Part shown: positions 11,971 to 23,309 of the stretch, piece by piece | How positions within the stretch are numbered: position 1 is the stretch's first letter | Layout of the letters: each line of letters starts with the position of its first letter | Assembly: GCF_001447785.1 (NCBI RefSeq) | Contig: NW_015162104.1 | Location: forward strand, 1-64,000 | DNA from: Gekko japonicus | Taxonomy: Eukaryota | Direction: 5' to 3' | DNA length: 64,000 nucleotides | The notes under the pieces: model-generated | Seen by the model: the letters and a program-made list of their open reading frames with translations, nothing else | The model's database searches: none | Told to the model about the DNA's origin: nothing | Made by a program: the position numbers and the translations under genes

Positions 11971-12361
11971 CTGAAAGTTGAAGGAAAGAGTTAATAGCTG
12001 AAGAAGTCAAGCAGCAGCTTCAAGAAGGCCCTCCCACACCCAGAAAGCAAGGACTCTGCTGTGCATCAAGACGCAAGCTCAGTCTGTTCACAACACAAAT
12101 AAGAAGTGGCAAGCACAGAACAAACAGAGGCACTCAAAGGGTAGATACAATCCATTGGCGTTCAGCACAGAGAAACAAGTGGTTTCATCTGACAGGAAAT
12201 CTGTCATGGGTGAAAAGAGGAAGCCAGCAGAATGCCAATAAGCGTGTTCTACTACTTCCTGTTGAGGAGATCAGGAAGTTCTGGAAGTCACGCTAACAGC
12301 TGCAAGCATTCAAAATGGGGCTCTTAAAGTCTTTCACATCTTCAATAATTCAAGCATCTAC

Positions 12362-12468
12362 CTTGTAGTTTTCACCATGATTCCGGATCATGTGCTGAAC
12401 GTAGTCAATGAGATCTCTGGAGAGGGTCTCTGACTTCTTCTCTGGGAGGCTGGCTTGATATTCCAACT
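12362..12468 (-). CDS. NOP16: NOP16 coding exon 4
   Basis: ELEYQASLPEKKSETLSRDLIDYVQHMIRNHGENYK; acceptor catccag|, donor |gtagat. Confidence 0.95.
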
Positions 12469-13216
12469 CTGGATGGGAGTGAGGGAGACAATACAGTGAG
12501 GCAACAGAAAACTACTTCACACTGCAGATGCCTGTTCTGGCAGAAACCGCTAGATTTGACTAGTGCACTGGTCTTCAAGTGATGAGTTCTGATGCACAAG
12601 TTAGTCACATCCTGCCCTACTGAGATACAGCAGCTCTCCACTAATTTTTGTTTCAGGTTTTTAAAGGAAAATCAAGGAAAGAAAAGGCAAAATACACATC
12701 AGGGATATGACTAGCTACAAAGCAGACCAGAGCATCTTTACTTTTCAGTACCTAAAGAAAAGAATTTCAGCAGGGAAACCCCTTCACAACAATACTGCAC
12801 CTACCAGAATCCCCCCTTTTGTATCTGGTCACCCTAAGAAACATAGAGTAAAACCATTAAGGGTGAATCCCATCTTGGTTTAGAGGTAGTTCCTGCCTCT
12901 GTAAATGCTGAAGACTGCTAAACTACCAGGATCATAGCCATTCAGCCTCTGCCAACTGCAGTGCCCACTTTTATGAAAGCAGCAAGTCTGATGGGCTCAA
13001 AGGAAAATATCAACCTAATCTAATCTCATAATCCTAACAGCCAAAATTAATGAGAGTGACTTCATACCTGGAACATTAGGTATCACTGATAACAGTGATG
13101 TATGATTTGTGTGTATGAGAAGGAAATCCGACATTTTTGGTTCTACTATTTTCATACAGTAGTTAAAGGCACAGGATGAAATATGTTTCCTGTATGTTAA
13201 TTATGTGTTACATGAA

Positions 13217-13880
13217 TGGAGAGGAGACTGCACTCCCCTTGAAGGAACAGGTTCACAGTTTGGGGGTGTGCTTAGACCCAGGCATAGTGCTAGATAAGCA
13301 GGTGGCAGCAGAGACCAGGAGTGCCTTTGACTGGTTAGCCAGCTGCAGCCTTTCCTGGGCAGAAAAGATCTGGCCACTGTGGTGCATACCTTCGTTATAG
13401 CTAGATTAGGTCACTGCTACGTGAGGCTGCCCTTGAGAAGTATTTGGAAACTTCAATTGGTACAGAATGCTGCAGCCAGGATGTTGACTGGAGTGGGCTG
13501 TAGGGATCGTGTCATTTCAGTCTTGGCCCATCTACAATGGCTTCCAATTTGTTTTCTGGGCACAACCAAGGTGCTAGTCTTGACCTTCAAAGCCCTGTAC
13601 GGTGTGGGACCAATATTTCCTGAAGACTATCTACTTACTTATGAACCTGTCTGACTACTTCGGTCATCCTCACACACCCTGCTGTGGGTGCCCTTGCCTT
13701 CAGAGCTTAGGTGGATGGCAACCCAGGAGAGCGCCTTCTTGGCACCCAAGCTCTGGAGCTCTTTCCCCGAGGAGATTTGTCTGTCCCCTTCTGTTGCCAT
13801 CTTCCGCCAGTGGGTGAAGACTTATTTTGTTTCATTTGGCATTCCCTCAGTGATCCCTCCTTCCACCCCGATGTTTTAAT
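13217..13880 (+). mobile_element. L2/CR1-group LINE 3' fragment
   Basis: Decayed ORF2 C-terminus: KLQLVQNAAARMLTG...LAHLQWLPI...KVLVLTFKALYG. Confidence 0.8.
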
Positions 13881-14049
13881 TGCATTCATTAATTATTTAT
13901 AACATTTACTAGCCACCTTTCTTCCTTACAAAGCTCAAGCTGGCTTCCAATATAAATAAAATACAATTACAATGTACGTTAAAATACACAAAACCAAAAT
14001 TTAAAATGACAATTCAGGACCGCTTTAAGCAAAGGAAGTCCTAAATAAA

Positions 14050-14649
14050 TTCAGTTGGGCAAGCTGTGTTGGTCTGAAACAGCAGAGCAAAGTTTGAGTC
14101 CAGTGGCACCTTTAAGACCAACAAAGTTTTATTCAAGGTAAGAGCTTTTGTGTGCAAGCACCTTCAGATACAGAAGATGCCAGATACAGAAGATGCTATA
14201 AAGGCACCTCCATGCTTGAGAGGAGATGGGTGGCAGGGTCTCAATGAGTTACTCTCAGCATTCCGCAATTAACGATACATCAATCTCCAATTTTGAGATA
14301 TTTATTTCCTTCACTGTTTTCCCCCCAGAATTGAACCCCCCAAAATGGTAACCATATAAACTAAGCTTATTATCACTGTTTGATCCTTGAATCTATTAAA
14401 CATCTTCATTATGCTGTACGATGATTTACTGCTATACCTATATGTATGGACTGTTAATTTCCATTTTTGTTTCTGTCTCTGTATTTAATTGGGCCTTTCT
14501 GGTAACTGACTCCCCCCCCTCCTTTATGTGATGGTTGAGAAAATTCTGTTTCACGGTATCTGAAGAAATGTGCATGCACATGAAAGCTTATGCCTTGAAT
14601 AAAACTTGGTTGGTCTTAAAGGTACCACTGCACTCAAACTTTGTTCTGC
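14050..14649. mobile_element. Penelope-like element with inverted terminal repeats
   Basis: About 14087-14171 is an inverted copy of about 14556-14649; 13-bp TSD AGTCCTAAATAAA (14037-14049 / 14650-14662); related decayed ends at about 40570-40780, 57650-57750 and 59105-59222. Confidence 0.7.
14555..14594 (+). ncRNA. Minimal type I hammerhead ribozyme motif
   Basis: GGUAU-CUGAAGA-A-AUGUGC(AU)GCACAU-GAA-AGCU-U-AUGCC: stem I, core, stem II and palindromic stem III. Confidence 0.6.
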
Positions 14650-15537
14650 AGTCCTAAATAAAACAGTCTTCAGGTGCCTTCTTTTGCTGAAATAAATGTT
14701 ATTATTTTTAACACACTTCAAACAGACAAACAAACATACACGAGAGCAATAGTAGCATCATCAAATCTCTTAAGTCATCCTAATACATATATCTATTAAC
14801 CAATTTTCACTCAATACGTGGTTTTTATTACTACTAACCTATATTTTACAATCTAACCTTTTATATTTCTGTTCTATAAATCTAACTATGCATATATCTT
14901 GAAATTACCTATTCACTTCAATCTACAAATTTAATTTCATTTCTAATAATAATCAAAAACAAGTTTATCCTGTTTAAGCTTTCTATAATAACCCTTTATA
15001 GACTTATTGATCTAGTCATTATAATATTTTTATAAGTACAATCTATAAAATTCTCTGTAATTATATTTTCCCTAAACATTCTTCTCTAATTAACTTTGTT
15101 CATGTGAGCATTTATAACGTGTATTTATAATTTGTATATTTATAACCTTTTTAAATGTTTCTTATTTTATCACAACTTAATGACACGTGTTTATAAAGCT
15201 TTTCTTTTTTAAAAAAAATTATATATTTTAAGTTTTCAAAAAGAAAAGAAAATAGTGAGAGCAATACATTTTAAAGGAAATCCATGTCAATGTCTCATAC
15301 ATAACATCGTTTTGCTTACAAAATTAATTTTTCTGCTTATTTATAGGCCTTTGTAGGGGCAGAAAGGCAGAACAGAAATTTTGTAAATAAATAAATACTT
15401 TCTTTAGTCTGTCCTGAGTCTACTAACCCATATTTATCTATAACCTATTGCTGTAAATCTCCAAGGCAGCTAACAAACAGTTGCAAATTAACATATACAT
15501 TAAAAAACTGGGATTATATTTAGAAAATGATACTGCA

Positions 15538-15741
15538 CACATGAAGTTGCCTTGTATCAGACCACTGGCCCATCAAAGTCAGGAATTATTGTCTACTAGA
15601 CTAAATGTGGCTCTCCAGGGTCTCAGGTAGGTCTTTCACATCACCTACTCCCTGATCCTGTGTACTGGAGATGCTGGGGATTTAACCTGGGACCTTCTGC
15701 AAGCCAAACAGATGCTCTGCTACTAAGCCACAGCCCCTCCC
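15538..15741 (-). mobile_element. tRNA-derived SINE (second family)
   Basis: Minus-strand head GGGGCTGTGGCTTAGTAGCAGAGCATCTG...CCAGGTTAAATCCCC; relatives at about 41965-42085 and 49790-49960. Confidence 0.6.
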
Positions 15742-15932
15742 TCTGATGATGATGATGAACAATAATTAATATTGGAATGCATACATGTGCTCTTCTATGG
15801 CTCAAACCCCTACATCAGCTTTAAGTACTGTTACTGTGAATATCAACAGTACTTAAAGCTAATTACTAAAAACTAAAGCTGTTACTGTGAATATATGGGC
15901 TGCAGTGGCTCAAGTGGTTAAGAGGCTGAACT

Positions 15933-17728
15933 GCTGAAGACTTCCGGTTTCGGCGACTTGCTGGTGGGTGTGCTCCAACGAAGCTCCGATAAGAGCGGCC
16001 CGTGATCGTGCCGGACGGGAGGGGTCCCAGATGATTCTGGGTCCCCCCAGAGCCCTCCGAGGGGGCTGGTAGCCTGGGGTGCGTGGGATGCCTCTCCTGA
16101 GGCAACAGCCGAAGGATTGAGGCTCCTCTTTGCCCCGACAGGTCTCGCTGCCACGAGACCAGCCATGGTATCAAAGACACACACCGGAGTGAGTGTGCAA
16201 GAGATCGGGTGATAGGAGATGTTCCCTATCTCCTGAAGCAAATTGCGGAGTAAAGCGTAAGTGAATACTTATTTTAACAAAGCAAGCGATCAAGCGTAAA
16301 ATCACAAAGCTGCCCCAAAGCCCCAAATGTAGCACAGGGGAGGAGTTAACCATACCCTGGAAAGAATATCCTATAAAAGGAAGAAAACGAGGGGCAAAGT
16401 GGCGGCTATGACAGGAGAACAATAATCTAGCCGAGCAGTGTGCAGACTAGTAAGAAAAGTGCAACTCACAGATCTTCAGAGATTTTAAAGAACTTTTCCT
16501 TTTAATGTAAACATGTTGCATTGGGCTGAAAAAATAGCGTCCAGGGCGAAACCTTCTTCAGGAACTACCAGTTCAACGACGCCAGTCTCCAGACTGGAAG
16601 CAACCACAGACTTCCCTAAGATGATTGCTGCAGCACTGCACCCTCTGCTGGATCAGATGACTAACCTCAACAACAACTTTGATGCTCTTCAAAAGGAACT
16701 GAAAGAAACTAGCATAAGAACAGAGAAGACAGCCAAAAAGCTGAAAAAGGATGATGATAAATGCGTTAAATCAAAGACTGGAGGTAGTGGAAAAAGAAAA
16801 GACCTCAGAGTAAGAACAGCTGTTACAACTGCAGATGGAAAAGTCATCATATGTCCTGAGATTTCAAGGGATTCCAGAAAAAAAAGGAGAAAACCTGAAA
16901 GAGATCTTAAGCGAAGCCTTCGCTTCAGTGGCAGACTGTAAAGCGGAATCATTACAAAGCAATATGGATATGGTATACCGTACCTATCCAGAATTTATTA
17001 AGAAAAACAAGCTGCCCAGTGAAGTGTTTGTGAAATTCTCTAACAGGTCAACAAGAGATATGATACTGAAAGCAACTAACGGAATAACCTTAAAAGTCAA
17101 AGGAGAAGAAGCGAAAGTTTTAAAAGATGTTCCATCTGAGGTGAGAAAAAGCAATATAGAAACCTGACATTATTTCTGCAGAAAAACTCCACTCCCTACA
17201 GATGGGTTATTCCAGAAGGACTTTTCTTCAACTTTAAAGAGAAAAAAGAAAAGATTGACTCTGTTACAAAAGGAAAAGCGGAGGACAAAAATGCTACAGA
17301 AGATAATAGTGAACACAGATCGAGAAGCAGCGGTAGCTCATCGAGTAGTTCTCCAGAAGGAACTCTAGACTCTGAATCAGAATTAGGAGTAGTGGCTCCT
17401 AAGCCTCTCAAAATTAAGCTGACCTTTGATAAAAACAAACATAGAGGGGGGAAAACCAATAAATAGCTTAACTCTGAATATGTGATTTCTTTTTTATTGA
17501 AATACTAAGATGCACCCACTATGACTAATTATGCCTGTATTTGTTTGAACTAGTAATATTAGTAGCTAATCTCCATTTCTTAAAAAAAACTAAACAATAG
17601 GGAAACACCAAGTAATTGATGTATAGACTGTTATGATCCTTGCTAACTCTGTATTTTAGTTTAGAAGATCCCTTACCCTTATTCCTTGTAATATGTAGAG
17701 ATTAAAAGCAATAAAAATGTTAAAAAAG
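15933..17728 (+). mobile_element. L1-derived ORF1-only non-LTR retroelement (HAL1-like architecture)
   Basis: 12-bp TSD AGAGGCTGAACT (15921-15932 / 17729-17740); CpG-rich 5' end; disrupted L1-type ORF1; AATAAA at 17710-17715 and a short A tail; no ORF2. Confidence 0.8.
16513..17466 (+). pseudogene. Disrupted L1 ORF1p (coiled coil, RRM, CTD and a Ser-rich extension)
   Basis: Heptad-rich N-terminus, LRFQGIPE, VFVKFS, VLKDVP, YRWVIPEGL; frameshifts near 16745 and 17150; in-frame TAA at 16811. Confidence 0.8.
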
Positions 17729-18376
17729 AGAGGCTGAACTCCAGACCAGAAGGTCGGTAGTTCAGCAGTTTGAGACCTGAGTGCCGCATGACGGAGTGAG
17801 CTCCTGTCTCTAGTTCCAGCTCCTGCCAACCTAGCAGTTCGAAAGCAAGAAACTGCAAGTAGATAAATAGGTACTGCTTCGGTGGGAAGGTAACAGCATT
17901 CCGTGCGCCTTGGCATCTAGTCATGCTGGCCACATGACTACAGAAATGTCTTTGGACAGTGCTGGCTCTTTGGCTTGGAAACAGAGATGAGCACCGCATC
18001 GCTAGAGTCGGATTCAACTGGCTTTTGAGCAAGGGAAACCTTTACCTACCTTTACCTTACTGTGAATATAGAGAACAATTCAAACTTTACAGAGCACACT
18101 TGTGTACATGCCAAAACAGTCAGCTAAGGATACCTCAAAACCATCACTATTTAGCTAATGTTTCTTGAATATACTGAAAGAAACACTGGACATCACCAGT
18201 TTTTGACGTTTCATAGTGCAAACCTTTACCTACAGTGTTGCAAGACTTCAGAACCACAGCTGCCTCTAGACTTGTCCCACTTAAATTGTTTATACATTGC
18301 TACTGAATATAAAAATTAGTCTGCCTTTAGTCTCAGTATAAAAGGCGGGCTACAAATGAAGTAAATAAATACCAAC

Positions 18377-18446
18377 CGTTTAGTACATATGGCTTCCGCA
18401 CAATTTTTGTCTTTTTTTCCTGTCCATCAATTTCCATTCTCATCAC
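18377..18446 (-). CDS. NOP16: NOP16 coding exon 3
   Basis: VMRMEIDGQEKKTKIVRKPYVLN; acceptor ttcag|, donor |gttggt; 70 nt. Confidence 0.92.
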
Positions 18447-19112
18447 CTGAATTTGAAAGACAAGTTGGTTAATGTTATACATGATGGACTTCTATGTATT
18501 GCTTTGGATGCTCTTTACTTTTAGCTGCACCTATGGGTAATATTATTCACCTTGTCTGAGGGCTTTAGCAAGATCAGTCCACTTTTTAGGCTATCATGCC
18601 AATTCATATCAGTTTCTATTCTGTTCATCTTGTACTTGATCTAATCTGGATGCAATGGTATCACCAATGGGATTACTGGTAATATGTGTTGCAAAGAAAA
18701 AGACTAAGTTTCCTAGAATTAACTATTATGTAGGAACCATAATTTTAAAATACTGTCACAACCCTTCATGGTAGTCTATCTCCCACTAAAGAACAACAAA
18801 ATAGTGCTTCGTTCTGCTTGGACCAACTACTCAGCTGAAAAGCAAAGGGAAAAACAACCAACTCTATTATACGAGCCCAACATGTTCTTTATTAGTGTGA
18901 AGGGAAAAAAGTTTACTTAACACTTAAAATCTCTCTCTCTCTTTTTTTGTACTTTCACAAACAAGCAAACCTAATAAGCAGTTTTCTGTTGTGGACGGCC
19001 CTTTTAACATGCACATTAGATTACTGGGATGTGCTCTACACAGGGCTGCCCTTGAGGAGCGTCTGGACACTCTAACTGGGTCATAATGCAGCAAGAATGT
19101 TGAATGAAGCAA

Positions 19113-19460
19113 GCTGTAGGGACCATATCACTCCAGTCTAGTTCCATCTACACTGGCTTCCAATTTACTTCAAAGTACTGGTAATGGCTTTTAAAGTCTT
19201 GTATGGTTTGGGACTAGCATACTTTAAGTACTGCTTATTCCCATATGAACCTGCCTAGCCATTACAGTCATCTTCAGGGCCTTGCTTCAAGTGGCTAGAC
19301 AGTGGAGGCTAGATGGTGGGAACCCAGGATAGGACCTTCCCAGTTGCAGCACTAAAACTGTGGAATTCCATTCCCAAGGAGATTCATTCATCCATCCTCC
19401 TCTATCACTATCTTCCACCAGTGAGTAAAAACATTTTTGTTTCATTTAGCATTGCCTCAC
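19113..19460 (+). mobile_element. L2/CR1-group LINE 3' fragment
   Basis: Colinear with 13500-13845. Confidence 0.7.
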
Positions 19461-19917
19461 TGAGCCTCCTCCATATTTATGTTTTTAATGATTGTGTGTA
19501 TGTGTATGTGTGTGTGTGTATATATATATATACATGCGTGTGTGTATGGTTTTTAAAGTTGGTTTTTAATGCTTTTTAACTTCACTGCATTGAGGGCCTT
19601 AATTGGATAGAAAAGCAGGATATAAATAAGTATATACTAAGATGACATTTTTCCTACTACCTCTCTCTCAGGTATATTTGGTCACAGTCTAACTGCAGAT
19701 ACCACATGAGGTACATTGGTTCCTTTGTTGATGCATAAATGGTGCACTTTTTATGGGATAATTTTGTTTTATGTAAACTGTCTTGTTGGGACTGCATCCA
19801 TTCTTCACAAGCAGGTTGCCAACTGAAGCAGTAAACATCATATAAACTTTCACTCAAATTATTCCATTTATTTGACTCACACATCACAGTCTTATTTGGA
19901 GCTCATTCTACACTCAC

Positions 19918-20032
19918 CGGTTGCATTAACTTTGGAATGGGAACAGCCTTGTTTGGGTCAACAGCCAAGCCCATTTCAGCCAGGTTCTGTGATACAGATT
20001 TTGTGCGGTCCCAGGCATGTCGGATTTCGGAA
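19918..20032 (-). CDS. NOP16: NOP16 coding exon 2
   Basis: SEIRHAWDRTKSVSQNLAEMGLAVDPNKAVPIPKLMQP; acceptor ctttttag|, donor |gtgagt. Confidence 0.95.
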
Positions 20033-20778
20033 CTAAAAAGAAAGAAACAAAGAAAAAGCCACATATAAGCACTATCCATTCTTAAAGGCGCTTCCTCTCC
20101 CTTCTCATGAGAACTGTCACACATCTATGGGGAAATATGAACCACTTCACTCAATTGCCTAGAGAACTCCAAAGGGCATTCATTAGCTTTTTAAAGCATG
20201 TCAGAATCCTTGAGGGTCTGCAACAGTTATCACATGGAAAGCACATGGAACACTGCTAAATGTTGTTCCGGGGCAGCACTTTACTGATAGATATTGGAAG
20301 GGGCTATAACCATAGGGTGAGTCATTTTCTCCAATGGTAGTTAATTATTGAAATTGCTGGACAGATTCTTCAATAATTCCAAGAATGTCACAGAAACGCA
20401 TTATGGAGGTTATGGGTATCAAAAACAAAAAGCCAGCCTCCAATGCCAGATAGTAGTCAAGAGCGTTCCTGTGTCCTGCATTACATTGTACAAAAATATA
20501 CAAAAATGCGTTATTATTTGCAGTCCTAATTACAGTGCCTGGATCAAACTGAGACAGAGGCAAAACCAGAGCTGCTTCTCGCACTATCTCAATATAGTCC
20601 AGATCTTTTTCGTGCTGGTGTTAAAAAAAACCCCAATCACAGTGTGGTTCAAATATCCTTCGTGCTAGTGTAGGGGAAGAACCTCCTATTTAACTCATCC
20701 CTTGAGAAGACCGCACAACAAAAGCTCGAATCTTCCCCTCCCTTCGTATTAACCCCAGCTGTCTCTTTGTCTTCTTAC

Positions 20779-20885
20779 CATTTTATACGGGGTTTCGCCC
20801 GCTTGCGAAAAGCCCTGTTCTGTTTTTTGCGGTTCACATTGTAGTTGTACTTTTTCTGCCTGTTTCTTTTCTTGACTTTCGGCAT
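20779..20885 (-). CDS. NOP16: NOP16 coding exon 1
   Basis: MPKVKKRNRQKKYNYNVNRKKQNRAFRKRAKPRIKC; donor TG|gtaag; 107 nt. Confidence 0.93.
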
Positions 20886-21204
20886 CGCGACAATAAGACC
20901 AGACAGACGATGCACGCGGCTCCTTCGCCAGTGAAACAGCACCGATTACCGCTGTAGCTGATAGGAAATGTAGTTCAGCTTCCCCTAGAAGTATAATCAA
21001 AATCTCAAATCAAAGCCCTTATATGGACTACATCTCCCAGAGACCAACAGCTTCTAATAGTATATTTGACCGTTTCCATATCCGGATCACAAAAGTAATT
21101 AACCGCAAGGTTAGAGGCGGACTTGTACGGTGGCTGAAGAAGGACAGTGTAGTGAGAGCGAAGCGCACATTTTTCTTGCTGTGGCCTTTAGTGTAGGGTA
21201 TCCA
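20886..21204. promoter_or_regulatory. Bidirectional NOP16/HIGD2A promoter
   Basis: Divergent ATGs 319 nt apart; ACTACA-N2-TCC motifs on opposite strands at 20963-20975 (-) and 21027-21040 (+). Confidence 0.85.
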
Positions 21205-21349
21205 ATGGCGCAGAGTGCTCCGCCACCCTTTGATCCCAGCCATCCGCCGGTCGTCGAAGGCTTTACGCCCAGCGCTTACCAAAGCCGCGAGGAGACATTT
21301 AAAGATAAATTTCTACGCAAGAGCCGTGAGAATCCCCTTGTGCCCATAG
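21205..21349 (+). CDS. HIGD2A: HIGD2A coding exon 1
   Basis: MAQSAPPPFDPSHPPVVEGF...FKDKFLRKSRENPLVPIG; donor G|gtaag. Confidence 0.95.
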
Positions 21350-21733
21350 GTAAGAGGGAAGTCGAGGCCTAGGGTGAAGGCATTGCTCACGAAGGGACGA
21401 GCCGCACACGGGACCCTTTGCAGATGGAGAGGGCACAAGACGGAGGGTTGCGAAGATCAGGAGCCGCCGCCTGCTGTCTTTTCTTTTCTTAAGACTCCTC
21501 TTTCTAGTAGGCCATAATTCAAAAGAGAAAGCTTTCTTTCCAGTATAGAAAAATGCAGTGACAGACAAGGCTTTGCCTGTTGAATCTCTCGCTTTCATGA
21601 GGTTGTTATAGCAGTAGTGTCCCGCCCTTGTTCTATGGGTTCAGGGCGATATGCATGGTCCTCTCTTCCTGTATTTTTTTCTCACAACGATAAGTTCCGG
21701 AAGAAGAAGAAGAGCAGGTTTTTATACTTTGCT

Positions 21734-21953
21734 AGTTCGAAAGCAAGAAATTGCAAGTAGATAAATAGGTACCACTTCGGTGGGAAGGTAACAGCGTTCA
21801 GTGCGCCTTGGTGTTTAGTCATGCCGGCCACATGACCACGGAAACGTCTTCGGACAGCGCTGGCTCTTCGGCTTTGAAACGGAGATGAGCACCGCAACCC
21901 TAGAGTCGGATTCGACTGGCTTTCGAGCAAGGGAACCTTTACCTTTTACCTTT
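21734..21953 (+). mobile_element. 5'-truncated Sauria SINE inside a minus-strand Squam3-like fragment
   Basis: Near-identical to 32816-33030; ACCTTT tail. Confidence 0.85.
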
Positions 21954-23142
21954 CTGTACCTTAAGGCGTCTCAAAGCGGCTTATAATCACATTCCGTTCC
22001 TCTCCCCACAGCAAGCAGGAGCATAAATGGCCTGAGGTCACCCAGTGAGTTTCATTGCTTGAGTGTTAAGGGCACAGAACCTTTGTAGAAGGAAACATGG
22101 GGGCAATTCTGGCAGACATAGCATACCCCTCAACTGGCCACCAGTTTCAAGATGTATTGTAGCTGTTCTTAGAGGAATTGTAATACTATAATTTTATTGT
22201 AGGTAGGTTTATTGACTGCCTCTAGATTAGAACTCTCAGTGAAGAATATTAATATTTTAAATATACAAGTATTTTACTTTGCTTTTATCAATGGAGTTGA
22301 CCCTAGGTGACCTACAAAAATACAACAAACAGAAAAACAAAGAGTGTAATACACTACATTCTGGATTAGTCCTGGATTTACTGTTTTAGCTTATTGGGGG
22401 GTCATAGTTTGTGCTTCTGACAAATCTTAAACGTCTGTAACAAGAAACAGAAGTTCACTCTAAATCTTATGCAGTTGGCAGAGATGTCCCCAAGATTCTC
22501 CTCCTGTGTTAAATAAGTAATTTTTTTAAATTTGACCAGTATCGCATTAAAAAAAAGAATACCACTACTTAAGTGATTTCGTTATGGTGTCATGTGTGAA
22601 CAAGGACAGGGGTCAAAGTGGCTTGTCCCCTGGTCATGCTACTGTCAAGGACAGAAACAATAGCATAGCAAAGCTTCCCTTTCTAGGTGACTGCAATAAC
22701 CACAAGTTACTTCAGAGAGGAAGGACTGGTCTGCAATTAGTAGAGGATTTTACTTTCCTGTTGCTGTTTAGAATTTCACTAGACGGAATTGAAAATGTAG
22801 GCTGACCCTGATGTTCTAAAACCTAAGGCATGACTTGCTGGATCATGCTAGTAGTCCATCTGGTCCAGCGTTGTTTCACACTGCAGCCAACCAGTTGCCC
22901 TGAAGGGCCAACAAACAGGACATAGGGGCCAAGGCCAATGATGTTGCCTCCCGGAAAGTAAAATTCAAGGATTTATCTTTATCTTGAAGCCAGGCCTTCA
23001 TGCTGGCCCATGAATCAACTATATAGCCAAGGGGGAATTGAGAAAGCATCCTTGAATCTAGGCCTTTCTCTTCACAAGACCAGACAGAAAATCACATTTT
23101 CTTGTCGGTTCACTGACTGCTTTTTCTTGTTCTTCTCTGTAG

Positions 23143-23309
23143 GCTGCCTTGGCACAGCAGGAGTTTTGACCTATGGACTCATCTGTTTCAAGAGGGGCAA
23201 CACTCGCCAGTCCCAAGTTATGATGCGGGCACGTGTTCTAGCCCAAGGCTTCACCATTGCTGCCCTAATGGTGGGGGTGGTTATTACAGCAATGAAACCA
23301 CAGAAGTGA
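23143..23309 (+). CDS. HIGD2A: HIGD2A coding exon 2 (stop)
   Basis: CLGTAGVLTYGLICFKRGNTRQSQVMMRARVLAQGFT... (HIG1 domain QxxMRxRxxAQ); total CDS 312 nt. Confidence 0.95.

Larger units (their letters stand above)
15897..18060 (+). mobile_element. Sauria SINE split by the L1-derived insert
   Basis: tRNA-like head at 15897-15932, body resumes at 17729, (ACCTTT)-type tail; own TSD TTACTGTGAATATA (15882-15895 / 18057-18070). Confidence 0.85.

Noticed and set aside
14690-15300. Very AT-rich block, possibly a decayed L1 3' end on the minus strand (similar at about 35150-35520)
   Set aside because: Too degraded to support boundaries or family by eye; needs RepeatMasker.
21130-21204. N-terminal extensions of HIGD2A (likewise ARL10 2902, CLTB 50766, FAF2 60226) in the ORF track
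   Set aside because: They start at GTG/TTG; homology begins at the downstream ATG in each case.
21682-21930. Recurrent minus-strand ORF MLESQSNPT... (also 17679, 32734, 44275) suggesting a small protein family
   Set aside because: All copies are the antisense reading of Sauria SINEs with non-ATG starts; the recurrence reflects the repeat, not coding selection.
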